Shown: positions 9,765 through 19,111 of the stretch, one piece after another | Position numbering within the stretch: the stretch's first letter is position 1 | Layout of the letters: each line of letters starts with the position of its first letter | Assembly (NCBI GenBank): GCA_002423615.1 | Contig: DIKO01000047.1 | Span: forward strand, 5,947-69,946 | DNA length: 64,000 nt | Direction: 5' to 3' | DNA from: Desulfobacteraceae bacterium UBA5616 | Lineage (GTDB): Bacteria; Desulfobacterota; Desulfobacteria; Desulfobacterales; UBA5616 | Translations under genes and position numbers: made by a program | Notes under the pieces: generated by a model | What the model was told of the DNA's origin: nothing | What the model saw: only the letters and a program-made list of their open reading frames with translations | Database searches by the model: none

Positions 9765-10967
9765 TCAGCCTCCCATGATATCGGAGATGCGATCCAGGAG
9801 AATTTGCGCGACCTCTTCTTTTTCCATGACAGGCAGGTCCTCCTGGGTCCCGTTCCTGAAAAACAGGGTCACCTTGTTGGTGTCGGTCTGGAACCCCGAA
9901 GCCGGGATGTTGACCAGATTGCCGACGATGATGTCCAGATTTTTCTTTTCCAGCTTTTCCCCCGCATGCTTTTCCAGAGACTGGGTTTCGGCGGCAAAAC
10001 CCACCAGGATCTGGTTTGTTTTCCGTCGTCCCAGTTCCTTTAGTATATCTTGGTTTTTAACCAGCTTGAGAATCAGTTCTTCCTCCCCTTTTTTGATTTT
10101 CTGGGGGGCCGTGGTATGGGGCCGGTAATCGGAAACGGCGGCGGTTTTGACAATAACGTCGGCGTTATCGAACCGTTGAAAAACAGCATCGGCCATCTCT
10201 GCCGCGGTACGGACCCTTATCACTTCGACCTTATAGGGTTTTGGCAGGTTCACCGGACCTGCGATCAAGGTGACGTCTGCTCCCCTGTGTTCGGCGATCC
10301 TGGCGATGGCATACCCCATCTTGCCCGAAGACGGGTTGCTGATAAACCTTACCGGATCAAGGGGTTCCTGGGTGGGACCGGCGGTCACCAGAATCCGTTT
10401 ACCCTCAAAATCCCTGGGTGACAGGGAGGCCTTCAACCGATCCAGAATCACATCGGGATCCGGAAGTCTTCCGGGGCCATGAGTGCCGCATGCCAGATCC
10501 CCTGAATCCGGGTCGAAAATCAAAAGTCCGTCTTCGGCAAGGGTCCTGAGGTTCCGCTGCAGGGGAGGGCTCAAGTACATGTTGGTGTTCATTGAAGGAC
10601 AAATCAGAACGGTTGAAGTAACCGCCAGCATGAATGTGGAAAGGGCGTCATCGGCAATACCGTTGGCGATTTTACCGATGAAGTTGGCGGTCGCCGGGGC
10701 GATGACGACGGCATGGGCTTCCTCGGCCCAGGAGATGTGCCCGATAGCGGCATCGTCGTTATGGTCAAACAGGTTGGAACAGACCGGCCGCCCCGACAGG
10801 GCCTCGAAAGTGCCGGGGCCCACAAACCATTTGGCATTGTCCGTCATGAGTACCCTGACTTTCGCCCCTTCTTTGGTTAAAAGCCTTAGCAGTTCGACGC
10901 TCTTATATGCCGCAATGCCCCCGCATACGCCCAGTACGATGTTTTTCCCCTTCAATTCAGTCCCCAT
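9765..10967 (-). CDS. coaBC: bifunctional phosphopantothenoylcysteine decarboxylase / phosphopantothenate-cysteine ligase
   Basis: 400 aa with an N-terminal flavoprotein domain (LGVCGGIAAYKSVELLR, PATANFIGKIANGIADD) and a C-terminal CoaB domain (ITAGPTQEPLDPVRFISNPSSGKMG, AAVSDYRP). Confidence 0.93.
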   Translation of the reverse strand: MGTELKGKNIVLGVCGGIAAYKSVELLRLLTKEGAKVRVLMTDNAKWFVGPGTFEALSGRPVCSNLFDHNDDAAIGHISWAEEAHAVVIAPATANFIGKIANGIADDALSTFMLAVTSTVLICPSMNTNMYLSPPLQRNLRTLAEDGLLIFDPDSGDLACGTHGPGRLPDPDVILDRLKASLSPRDFEGKRILVTAGPTQEPLDPVRFISNPSSGKMGYAIARIAEHRGADVTLIAGPVNLPKPYKVEVIRVRTAAEMADAVFQRFDNADVIVKTAAVSDYRPHTTAPQKIKKGEEELILKLVKNQDILKELGRRKTNQILVGFAAETQSLEKHAGEKLEKKNLDIIVGNLVNIPASGFQTDTNKVTLFFRNGTQEDLPVMEKEEVAQILLDRISDIMGG

Positions 10968-11013
10968 GGGTGTATAATGCTCCGTAAAATACGTTTGTCA
11001 TAGAAACCGGCTT

Positions 11014-11499
11014 TTAGTTTAATACTCCCGACCCATCCGCCTGGGAGCCGGGCGCCACCCCGATTTCCACATGAGTTGTGAATCGTTTGTTCTGAATACC
11101 GATAACGCACCACCGGTCGGCTTTTCTGAACAGCAAAAAACTGTTCGTCCGGGGGGATTTAAAAACCGTAATGACCTCCCAGTTATCCTTCGCCATGTTC
11201 GACTGGAAAAAGGAAACCAGGGAATCCCGTTCCACACGGCCGTTTAAGACCAGTATGCCTGTCGTTAATCCGGACATCTGAACCACATAGGTTGACCGGG
11301 TATCTACTTTCAGCTCGCCGGGAATCAGGACATCAACGAATTCGTGATACCGGGGAGCGTTTTTATCGGCCCGGTTCGAATCAGAGGAAAGAGAAGATCC
11401 TCCGGATTTATTCAGACGCTTTCCGCAACCGGAAAAACAAATCATGGATAGACTGATGAGGATGATGATCAGACTTCTTTTTGTTACAACTCCGTTCAT
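11014..11499 (-). CDS. lipoprotein of unknown function
   Basis: ATG at 11499 is preceded by AAAGGAG at 8-nt spacing. Signal peptide plus lipobox (LISLSMICFSGC). The upstream ORF extension to 11577 is probably not translated. Confidence 0.6.
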   Translation of the reverse strand: MNGVVTKRSLIIILISLSMICFSGCGKRLNKSGGSSLSSDSNRADKNAPRYHEFVDVLIPGELKVDTRSTYVVQMSGLTTGILVLNGRVERDSLVSFFQSNMAKDNWEVITVFKSPRTNSFLLFRKADRWCVIGIQNKRFTTHVEIGVAPGSQADGSGVLN

Positions 11500-11577
11500 G
11501 GATTTATCTCCTTTACAGCCATCTTTTTTCAATACCGGGTTTCCGGTTTTGGGTTTTTGATCAGGCATTGACCCCAC

Positions 11578-11829
11578 TTATTCGGAGCCCGTCCCTTTGT
11601 TCAATGCCAGGCATATCCATTGCCGATAAAGCGCGCTGAGATCTCTTGCCCCATTCCCCTGAGGAGCATTGAGCCTTGATTTCAGGGCGACGATTTCGGC
11701 CAGGATATCCCTTCGCTCCGGGTTCTTCCGGATAAGATGGGCGTAGATATCGAACGCCTCCTTCAGTCTGCCCTGTTCAGCCAGTATGCGGGCCATGGTC
11801 CTGGTTTTGAACGTATCGTCCAGTTTCAT
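11578..11829 (-). CDS. small TPR-like protein (83 aa), function unknown
   Basis: MARILAEQGRLKEAFDIYAHLIRKNPERRDI has the TPR helix-turn-helix pattern. 4-nt overlap with the ftsB stop suggests translational coupling. Confidence 0.5.
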   Translation of the reverse strand: MKLDDTFKTRTMARILAEQGRLKEAFDIYAHLIRKNPERRDILAEIVALKSRLNAPQGNGARDLSALYRQWICLALNKGTGSE

Positions 11830-12128
11830 CTGGATTTCCTTGCCGGATCTTCATTGAGTTTGATGATCACTTCGTCTTTGCGGATCATCCCCAATTCCCG
11901 TCTGGCGATATTTTCGATGTAATTCATATCATTTTTCAGTCGGTCGATTTCCCTGCACAACGCACGGTTTTCATGCTCCAGAGACAGATTCCGTTCCACC
12001 AGCCGGCTGTTTTCCCGTTTCAGGCGTCTCAAATCAAAAAAACCGCTTTCGCTTTCAAGAATAAATAAGAAGATAAAAAACATCAATAAAATTAACAACG
12101 AAAACAGTGTTTTTCCTTTTAAGGTCAA
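11826..12128 (-). CDS. ftsB: septum formation initiator FtsB/DivIC family
   Basis: 100 aa with one N-terminal TM helix followed by a leucine-zipper-like coiled coil (LKRENSRLVERNLSLEHENRALCREIDRLKND) and the ARRELGMIRKDE motif. Confidence 0.8.
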   Translation of the reverse strand: MTLKGKTLFSLLILLMFFIFLFILESESGFFDLRRLKRENSRLVERNLSLEHENRALCREIDRLKNDMNYIENIARRELGMIRKDEVIIKLNEDPARKSR

Positions 12129-13696
12129 GATTCCGCCTTTCCCCCTGCGGAGCGATTAAAAATCATTTTCAGTTCCGGATGACGGGTTATAACTGCATAG
12201 AGAACGTAAGTCAAAATCCCGAAGACAATCCCCCCCGCCACCCCAAGGGCCGATTGAAGGGTTGACGCGGTTTTCGCTGGTATCCATGTTTCAGCGGCAT
12301 AATGGACAGCCAGGCCCATGATGACGGCGCCCCCGGTGGTTTTCGCCAATGACCGCCCGATGGGCTGCCAGTTGAATCCACCCAGTAAGTTCTTTAATTT
12401 TTTACTCAACAGAAAAAAATTCACCATGGAGGACAAGGAAGCGGCCAATGCAATCCCCCCGTGCCCCATATACCGCATCAAAACAGCGCCCAGGACGATG
12501 TTTGCGGCGACGGATAAAACGGCGATTCTGACGGGAGTCACCGTGTCCTCCAGTGCGTAATATACCGATACAACCACACGGATGGCTGAAAAAGCCCATA
12601 TCCCGAGGCTGTAATGCAAAAGGGCATATGCCGTCATGCTGAGCGCCCGGGCGTCGAAAGCCCCTCTTTCGAACAAGAGGGCGACAATGGGTTCCCGCAA
12701 GGCCACAAGGCCTGCCATAGCGGGAACCGTGATAAATAAAACCATCCGCAAGGCATGTTCGAACGTCGACCTGACCGCGCTGATATCGTTTTCCATTGCC
12801 TGTCGGGTCAGGGAGGGCAGCACCACCGTAGATGCCGCTGCGGCGAATATCCCCAGGGGAAACTGGACCACACGGTCCGCATAATACAAATACGATACGC
12901 TTCCCTCGGGTAAAAAAGACGCCAGAAATGTTCCTGCCAGAACATTGATCTGGTAAACCGCCGCACCCAATACCATGGTCGGCATCAGGGTCGCCACCTG
13001 TTTAACGCCGGGATGGTAAAATTTGGCCTGTTTAAACAGGGGAACATCTTTTTTTATCAAAAAGGGGACCTGTAAGGCAAGCTGTAAAACGCCTCCGATG
13101 ACCACCCCGATGGCCAACCCGAGAATGGGTCTGTTCAGAAGGGGGGATATCCACCACAGAGAACCGATCATGGCCAGGTTCAATAAAACAGGCGCCAGCG
13201 CGGGAGAAGCGAAGTGACCGAGGGCATTGAGGATGCCCATGCATACGGCCACCAGCCCGATAAAAAGGATGTAGGGGAACATCATCCGGGTCAGCAGAAT
13301 GGTCAGAGATAATTTTTCAGGGTCATCGGAAAATCCGGGCGCCACAATCCGGACAAGGACCGGAGAAAGGAGAATTCCGGCAATTGCTGCCAGCACCAGA
13401 AAAACCGAAACTGTTTTCAAGGCGGCTCCGGCCATTTGGAACGCTTCTTCCCTGCCTTTACGGACCATTAATCCGGTGAAGACGGAAACAAAGGACATGC
13501 TTAAAGTACCTTCGGCAAAAAGCCGGCGCAGGAGTTCGGGAATCCGAAACGCGGCAAAAAAGGCGTCGGTATTAAAACCGGCGCCGAAAAACCAGGCAAT
13601 GGCCATGTCCCGCACAAACCCGAGCACTCGACTCGCAAGGGTCAGCGAGCCCACCAAGCCTGCTGCATTTTTCAGGGAGGACGGCGTCGGAGGCAT
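12125..13696 (-). CDS. murJ: lipid II flippase MurJ (MviN family)
   Basis: 523 aa, polytopic. N-terminal SRVLGFVRDMAIAWFFGAGFNTDAFFAAFRIPELLRRLFAEG is the conserved MurJ start. Confidence 0.92.
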   Translation of the reverse strand: MPPTPSSLKNAAGLVGSLTLASRVLGFVRDMAIAWFFGAGFNTDAFFAAFRIPELLRRLFAEGTLSMSFVSVFTGLMVRKGREEAFQMAGAALKTVSVFLVLAAIAGILLSPVLVRIVAPGFSDDPEKLSLTILLTRMMFPYILFIGLVAVCMGILNALGHFASPALAPVLLNLAMIGSLWWISPLLNRPILGLAIGVVIGGVLQLALQVPFLIKKDVPLFKQAKFYHPGVKQVATLMPTMVLGAAVYQINVLAGTFLASFLPEGSVSYLYYADRVVQFPLGIFAAAASTVVLPSLTRQAMENDISAVRSTFEHALRMVLFITVPAMAGLVALREPIVALLFERGAFDARALSMTAYALLHYSLGIWAFSAIRVVVSVYYALEDTVTPVRIAVLSVAANIVLGAVLMRYMGHGGIALAASLSSMVNFFLLSKKLKNLLGGFNWQPIGRSLAKTTGGAVIMGLAVHYAAETWIPAKTASTLQSALGVAGGIVFGILTYVLYAVITRHPELKMIFNRSAGGKAES

Positions 13697-13820
13697 CAGT
13701 TCAAGCGTTCACGATTCAATGTTTTCTGCATGATAATTCATCCTCATGTAAAAGGACATATTTTTATTTTTAAGGCTTCCCCGGTCCCTTATTTTGCTGC
13801 AAACCGTTGATAATTATTGC

Positions 13821-13849
13821 TTGACAAGATATTTTTGGATATATATACA
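13821..13849 (+). promoter_or_regulatory. candidate sigma70-type promoter for rpsT
   Basis: Perfect -35 TTGACA at 13821-13826, followed by an AT-rich GGATATATATACA stretch offering TATACA at 17-nt spacing. About 40 nt upstream of the rpsT start. Confidence 0.5.
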
Positions 13850-13887
13850 AACAGGATTTCTTACACAATATGAAAGGAGTTAATTAA

Positions 13888-14154
13888 TTGGCTAATCATA
13901 AATCCGCATTAAAACGAGCTCGTCAGAATGATCTCAGACGACTGAGGAATAAAACGGTGAAAACCCGCATGAAGTCGGTAGTAAAGGACACCCGCTTGGC
14001 CATCGATGAGAATTCGGTAGAAGTTGCGGCCGGAAAGCTTGACATTGCAAAGTCCGTTATCGACAAGGCGGCGAAAAGAGGGGTAATCCACAAGAAAACC
14101 GCCTCCCGCAAGGTTTCCCGTCTTGCCAAACAAATCAACAAAATCAACGCTTAG
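13888..14154 (+). CDS. rpsT: 30S ribosomal protein S20
   Basis: 88 aa, ANHKSALKRARQNDLRRLRNKTVKTRMKS is the S20 N-terminus. TTG start is preceded by AAAGGAG. Confidence 0.95.
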   Translation: MANHKSALKRARQNDLRRLRNKTVKTRMKSVVKDTRLAIDENSVEVAAGKLDIAKSVIDKAAKRGVIHKKTASRKVSRLAKQINKINA

Positions 14155-14171
14155 ATTGGATTTGCCGATAT

Positions 14172-14212
14172 CCTGAAAACGGTGTTTTCCTGCCGGAGCA
14201 TGCCGTTTTCAG
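14172..14212. terminator. inverted repeat between convergent rpsT and lptE (possible bidirectional terminator)
   Basis: CCTGAAAACGG (14172-14182) pairs with CCGTTTTCAG (14203-14212). The loop is large (about 20 nt) and there is an A-run on the plus-strand 3' side, so it is not canonical. Confidence 0.4.
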
Positions 14213-14230
14213 AGGAAAAAACCAGCCGGC

Positions 14231-14752
14231 TCATTGTTCCCAGGCCAAGCGCTGGTAAACCTGCTGGGCGATGATTTTTGAAATTTCCTTGATGGCGACC
14301 CGCCGGTTTTGTTCCGTCTCCAGCTTGTTCTGTGTGGCCAGATATTTTTTTGCGACCGCCATGTTATCCGCAGACCACAAGATCTTTCCGCCGGAATCCT
14401 TTAATCTCAGGTCAACGCCGATTTCAACCTTTCGTTCAAGAGAGATATATTTCTCTTTCCGGGCGACGGTTTCAATGTCCATATATTTAATCACGCCGGT
14501 AAGTACTGCATCGGCACGCTGTTTTTCAGCAATGGCCATGCGACCGTCCCGGCTCAGTTCATCAATCAAATCATTGGCGAAAATGCTTTCCGCGCCGGTT
14601 TCCAGGGTCCGGTTTTCAAACATTTCAACGTTTATCCGGCTGATTCCGAAAGGTGTTCCGGCTTCTCCGGAAAATTTATAGGTGCAGGCAAAAACAGACC
14701 CCATCATCCACAGGAAAACCGCCGTGGTTATTGCCGCTTCGCTTTTTCTCAT
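14231..14752 (-). CDS. lptE: LPS-assembly lipoprotein LptE
   Basis: Signal peptide with lipobox (MMGSVFAC). About 170 aa, immediately downstream of leuS as in many proteobacteria. The ORF extension to 14785 would overlap leuS. Confidence 0.75.
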   Translation of the reverse strand: MRKSEAAITTAVFLWMMGSVFACTYKFSGEAGTPFGISRINVEMFENRTLETGAESIFANDLIDELSRDGRMAIAEKQRADAVLTGVIKYMDIETVARKEKYISLERKVEIGVDLRLKDSGGKILWSADNMAVAKKYLATQNKLETEQNRRVAIKEISKIIAQQVYQRLAWEQ

Positions 14753-14777
14753 GGTGTCCTTTTTTCGGCTTCCCGGA

Positions 14778-17381
14778 TTAAACAACGATATTGACCAGTT
14801 TATGTTTGACGACGATGACTTTCTGAACGGGTTTATTCCCGATAAATTTCAGAACATGTTCATTGGAAAGCGCCAGCTTTTTTATTTCTTCATCATCGGC
14901 ATCCACGGCGACATTGAAACGGCCGCGAAGTTTTCCATTGACCTGGACCACGATGGTCAGTTCATCCTTTTCCAGGGCGTCCTCCCGATATCCAGGCCAC
15001 CCGGCCAACAGGACGCTGGCATTGTTTCCCATGATACGCCACAGTTCCTCGGCAATATGGGGCACGATGGGCGATAAAAGAATGATGACGGTATCAAGGG
15101 CATTCCGGACCACGCCCCGCTCCCGGTCCGCCGCATCGTGGATCTGAATACCGTAGGCCAGATTGACCAGTTCCATCACCGCGCTGATGGCGGTATTGAA
15201 ATGAAATCGATCTTCAATATCCCGGGTGACCCGGTAGACGGTCTCATGTGTTTTTTTATAAAGCTCGCGAAAGACGCCGTCAACATCACCGGGAGGCCCT
15301 GCAAATGATTCCGTGTCCTTTACGGCTTCTACAAGACGGGCGGCCAGTCGCCAGATACGGTTTAAAAAGCGGTAACTCCCGTCAACGCCCTGTTCGCTCC
15401 ATTCCAGATCCCGTTCAGGGGGGGCGGCGAACAGGCAAAACAACCGCGTGGTGTCGGCGCCGTAGCGTTTGAGGAGATAATTGGGATCGATAACATTTTT
15501 CTTGGATTTGGACATTTTTTCGACCCGTCCCACGGCAACGGAATTCCCGCACCGGGAGCAGGTCAGTCCTGATTCGGTCCGGATCACCTCTTCCGGAAAC
15601 AGAAATCCATGGGCAGGGCAGGACGTGGTCTCCTTGCAGACCATACCCTGGGTCAGCAACCGGGTAAAGGGTTCCTTATAACCGACCATCCCGAGCGTAT
15701 GCAGAACCCGGGTATAATACCGGGAATACAGCAGATGAAGGATGGCATGTTCAACGCCGCCGATATACTGGTCCACGGGCATCCAATAGTCCACGTCTTT
15801 CCGGTCGAACATTCCCTGATCGAATTTGGGGCTGCAGTAACGTTCAAAATACCAGCTTGACTCCACAAAGGTATCCATGGTGTCGGTTTCGCGGCGGGCA
15901 TCTTCCCGCCCGCACCCGGGGCAGGAAACCCGCTTGAATTCTTCTATCTCCGGCAAGGGTGATTGCCCTCCGGGAAGCAGGTTGACGTTCTCGGGAAGAA
16001 GGATGGGCAGGTCACTTTCCGGGACCGGAACCACCCCGCATGCCTTGCAGTGGATCATCGGAATGGGCGCTCCCCAGTACCGTTGCCGGGAGATGCCCCA
16101 GTCTCTCAAGCGAAAACTGACGGCCCTTCTGCCCAGATTTTCTTTTTCCAAACGGGTGCAGATGGCGTCCTTGGCCGAATTGTTGCTCATCCCGTCGAAC
16201 TCACCGGAATTGACCATGACACCCTCATCCACATAGGCTTCGGTCAGGGTCTCCCCATCCAGGGGCCTGTTTCCGGGATTCACCACGACGATAATGTCAA
16301 GTCCGTATTTTTTGGCGAAATCAAAGTCCCGCTGATCGTGGGCCGGCACGGACATCACCGCCCCGGTGCCGTATTCCATCAAGGCGAAATTGGCCGTATA
16401 AATGGGAATTTTACGGCCCGTAAGGGGATTGACGCAGTATTTCCCCAAAAACATACCTACTTTTTCATAATTTTCCATGGCCCGAAGGAACCGGTCCTGG
16501 AATGAAATGCCTTCCACAAAGTCCGCCACCGCTTTTTCCCGGGAAGTCCCGCTGCAAAGCTTCGGGACCAGGGGGTGCTCCGGTGCAAGACACATGAACG
16601 TGGCACCGAACACGGTGTCCGGACGGGTGGTAAAAACGGGAATTGCCGGGTCCACGCCGTCCGGCGGGTTTTCGATGGGAAACCGGATTTCCGCGCCGAT
16701 GCTTTTGCCGATCCAGTTTTTTTGCATGGAAATGACTTTTTCAGGCCATCCGGGCAATTCATCACAACAGGCCAGAAGATCCTCTGCATAATCGGTAATG
16801 CGGAAAAACCACTGCCATAAAATTTTCTGACGCACTTCCTTCCCACACCGCCAGCAAAGGCCCGCTTCCACCTGTTCATTGGCCAGAACGGTCTGACAGG
16901 TTTCACACCAGTTGACGAAGGATTCTTTCCGATAAGCCATCCCCTTTTCATACATCTTTAAGAAAAGCCATTGCTCCCATTTGTAATATTCAGGCAGACA
17001 GGTGGCGATCTCACGATCCCAGTCATAGGAGAAGCCGAGCTCCTTCAGTTGTGACCGCATGGCGTCGATATTGTCATAGGTCCATTTGGCGGGATGGGTA
17101 TTGTTGGATATGGCCGCGTTTTCAGCCGGCATGCCGAAGGCGTCCCACCCCATGGGGTGAAGGACATTGAGCCCCTGCATGGCTTTATACCGTGCGATAA
17201 CGTCGCCGATGGTGTAATTCCGCACGTGTCCCATATGGATTTTCCCCGAAGGATAGGGAAACATTTCCATCAAATAATATTTTTCCTTCTCTTTGTCCGT
17301 ATCCACCTTGAACAAATTCTTTTCTTCCCAATATTTCTGCCATTTCGGCTCTATTTCTTTTGGATTGTATTTTTCATCCAT
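14778..17381 (-). CDS. leuS: leucine-tRNA ligase
   Basis: 867 aa with a HIGH motif ([11 protein letters not shown]), a KMSKS motif ([10 protein letters not shown]) and a CP1 editing domain. Confidence 0.97.
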   Translation of the reverse strand: MDEKYNPKEIEPKWQKYWEEKNLFKVDTDKEKEKYYLMEMFPYPSGKIHMGHVRNYTIGDVIARYKAMQGLNVLHPMGWDAFGMPAENAAISNNTHPAKWTYDNIDAMRSQLKELGFSYDWDREIATCLPEYYKWEQWLFLKMYEKGMAYRKESFVNWCETCQTVLANEQVEAGLCWRCGKEVRQKILWQWFFRITDYAEDLLACCDELPGWPEKVISMQKNWIGKSIGAEIRFPIENPPDGVDPAIPVFTTRPDTVFGATFMCLAPEHPLVPKLCSGTSREKAVADFVEGISFQDRFLRAMENYEKVGMFLGKYCVNPLTGRKIPIYTANFALMEYGTGAVMSVPAHDQRDFDFAKKYGLDIIVVVNPGNRPLDGETLTEAYVDEGVMVNSGEFDGMSNNSAKDAICTRLEKENLGRRAVSFRLRDWGISRQRYWGAPIPMIHCKACGVVPVPESDLPILLPENVNLLPGGQSPLPEIEEFKRVSCPGCGREDARRETDTMDTFVESSWYFERYCSPKFDQGMFDRKDVDYWMPVDQYIGGVEHAILHLLYSRYYTRVLHTLGMVGYKEPFTRLLTQGMVCKETTSCPAHGFLFPEEVIRTESGLTCSRCGNSVAVGRVEKMSKSKKNVIDPNYLLKRYGADTTRLFCLFAAPPERDLEWSEQGVDGSYRFLNRIWRLAARLVEAVKDTESFAGPPGDVDGVFRELYKKTHETVYRVTRDIEDRFHFNTAISAVMELVNLAYGIQIHDAADRERGVVRNALDTVIILLSPIVPHIAEELWRIMGNNASVLLAGWPGYREDALEKDELTIVVQVNGKLRGRFNVAVDADDEEIKKLALSNEHVLKFIGNKPVQKVIVVKHKLVNIVV

Positions 17382-17531
17382 CTTAACCGCGGACCTCCGT
17401 TGACAAGATCAAAATAAAAGCATTATCTTTATTAGTCTTTAGTGGCCCCTCATGACATATTATGCTATAAATATCAAGAACGACTATCTCCCGGGCATCC
17501 GCCCGCAATACCCGCGCCGGGTAAAAACCGT

Positions 17532-17560
17532 TTGACTTGCACCCGACAATCCCTTATTTA
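17532..17560 (+). promoter_or_regulatory. candidate promoter for the RNase G/E-like gene
   Basis: TTGACT at 17532-17537, a 17-nt spacer, then TATTTA at 17555-17560. The -10 is only a partial match. Confidence 0.35.
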
Positions 17561-17623
17561 ATCACGAAAAAATGGGGGGCGGTCGCTACCTCGTTTATTT
17601 TTTTAACAATATGGGAAATCCAA

Positions 17624-19087
17624 ATGGGAAACAAAATACTGATCAACGCCATCGATCCGGAAGAATCACGGATTGCGAAGGTTCAGGACAACAAGCTGGA
17701 GGAATTTCACATTGAGTCCTCTGCAAGGGAAATCACCCACGGCAATATATATAAAGGTACCATTATCAGGATCGAGCCTGCTCTCCAGGCCGTGTTCGTG
17801 GATTACGGCGCTGAACGAAACGGATTTCTGCAAAAAAACGAAATCCACCCCGACTATTTTCAGGACACCGCATCCCCGGACCAGCCCATTCAACACCTGG
17901 TAAAACGCGGACAGGAACTCCTGGTTCAGGTGACCAAAGACCCCGTCATGAAAAAAGGCGCCATGCTCACCACTTATATTTCTCTTGCCGGAAGGTTCGT
18001 GGTTCTCATGCCGGGAAGCGAGAATCGGGGCATATCGCGGAAAATCGAAAATGAAGACGAACGAAAAGCCTTTAAAGAAATCCTGAGCAAAATCGACATT
18101 CCCGAAGGATATGGCATTATCATCCGAACGGCGGGAAAAGAATGCACCAAGACCCAGATCCTCAAGGATTTGCGATACCTCATGCGACTGTGGAAAACCA
18201 TCAAGGGTAACGTGGTGAACGATCCGGCCCCGGTGCTGCTGCACAAGGAACAGAATTTCGTGCTGAGATCCCTCCGGGATTATTTCACGCCGGACGTGGA
18301 CGAAATCCTCATTGACGACGCCGCGATTTACCGCGAGACCAGGGATTTCGTCAATATCATCTCTCCCAAACAATCCAAAGCGGTCAAACAATACAAGGGC
18401 GACAAGCCGATATTTTCAAAATACCAGCTGGAACAACAGATTGCGTCCATTTATGAAAGCAAGGTGAATTTAAAGTCCGGGGGCTCCATCGTTATCGAGC
18501 AGACCGAAGCCCTGGTTTCCATCGATGTCAACTCGGGAAAGGCCACCCAGCAGAAATCCATCGAAGAAACGGCATTTCAGACCAACATCGAAGCAGCGGA
18601 GGAAGCAGCCCGGCAGCTTCGACTCCGGGACCTGGGTGGCATCATCGTCATCGATTTTATCGACCTGAAAGATTCCAAACATAAGGCCGCCCTGGAAAAG
18701 GCACTCAGGGGTTATGTCAAAAGCGACAAGGCCAAAACCAAAATCGGAAAACTTTCCCAATTCGGGCTCATCGAAATGTCCCGGCAAAGGATCAGGCCTT
18801 CCATCGAGTACGGCGGTTACATTCTCTGCGAACATTGCGGCGGTAAGGGAACTCGGCCCTCGGTGGAAACCCTGGGCATCCGGTTTCTCAGAAAGCTTCA
18901 TCTGGAAACATCAAGGGAAGACATCACTGCGGTAAAATGCGTTGTCCCGGATGAAGTGGCCCATTATCTATTAAACCGGAAACGCAAGGAGATCGCCGAA
19001 CTTGAACTTCGTCGCAATATCGGCATTTCCATCACCCCCGACAGCCGCATGCTGCCCGAAGACAGCCAGATTTCCCATGAAAAATAA
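17624..19087 (+). CDS. rng: ribonuclease G/E family endoribonuclease (RNase G-sized, catalytic domain only)
   Basis: MGNKILINAIDPEESRIAKV ... NIYKGTIIRIEPALQAVFVDYGAERNGFL (S1 domain) and IDVNSGK (DNase I-like site). Start chosen at the conserved N-terminus; the ORF track starts at 17537. Confidence 0.88.
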   Translation: MGNKILINAIDPEESRIAKVQDNKLEEFHIESSAREITHGNIYKGTIIRIEPALQAVFVDYGAERNGFLQKNEIHPDYFQDTASPDQPIQHLVKRGQELLVQVTKDPVMKKGAMLTTYISLAGRFVVLMPGSENRGISRKIENEDERKAFKEILSKIDIPEGYGIIIRTAGKECTKTQILKDLRYLMRLWKTIKGNVVNDPAPVLLHKEQNFVLRSLRDYFTPDVDEILIDDAAIYRETRDFVNIISPKQSKAVKQYKGDKPIFSKYQLEQQIASIYESKVNLKSGGSIVIEQTEALVSIDVNSGKATQQKSIEETAFQTNIEAAEEAARQLRLRDLGGIIVIDFIDLKDSKHKAALEKALRGYVKSDKAKTKIGKLSQFGLIEMSRQRIRPSIEYGGYILCEHCGGKGTRPSVETLGIRFLRKLHLETSREDITAVKCVVPDEVAHYLLNRKRKEIAELELRRNIGISITPDSRMLPEDSQISHEK

Positions 19088-19111
19088 ATCCGGACGGCGA
19101 GAGGACCTGGA

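Noticed and set aside
11373-11382. GGTTCGAATC, resembling a tRNA T-loop.
   Set aside because: It lies inside the lipoprotein coding region. The flanking bases cannot form a T-stem or the rest of a cloverleaf.
17382-17623. 240-nt divergent leuS/rng intergenic region, checked for tRNA, riboswitch or terminator structures. It includes the GC-rich imperfect inverted repeat CCCGGGC...GCGCCGGG at about 17491-17521.
   Set aside because: No cloverleaf or known riboswitch core was recognised. The hairpin has no correctly placed U-tract on either strand. Most simply explained as divergent promoter and 5'-UTR DNA.
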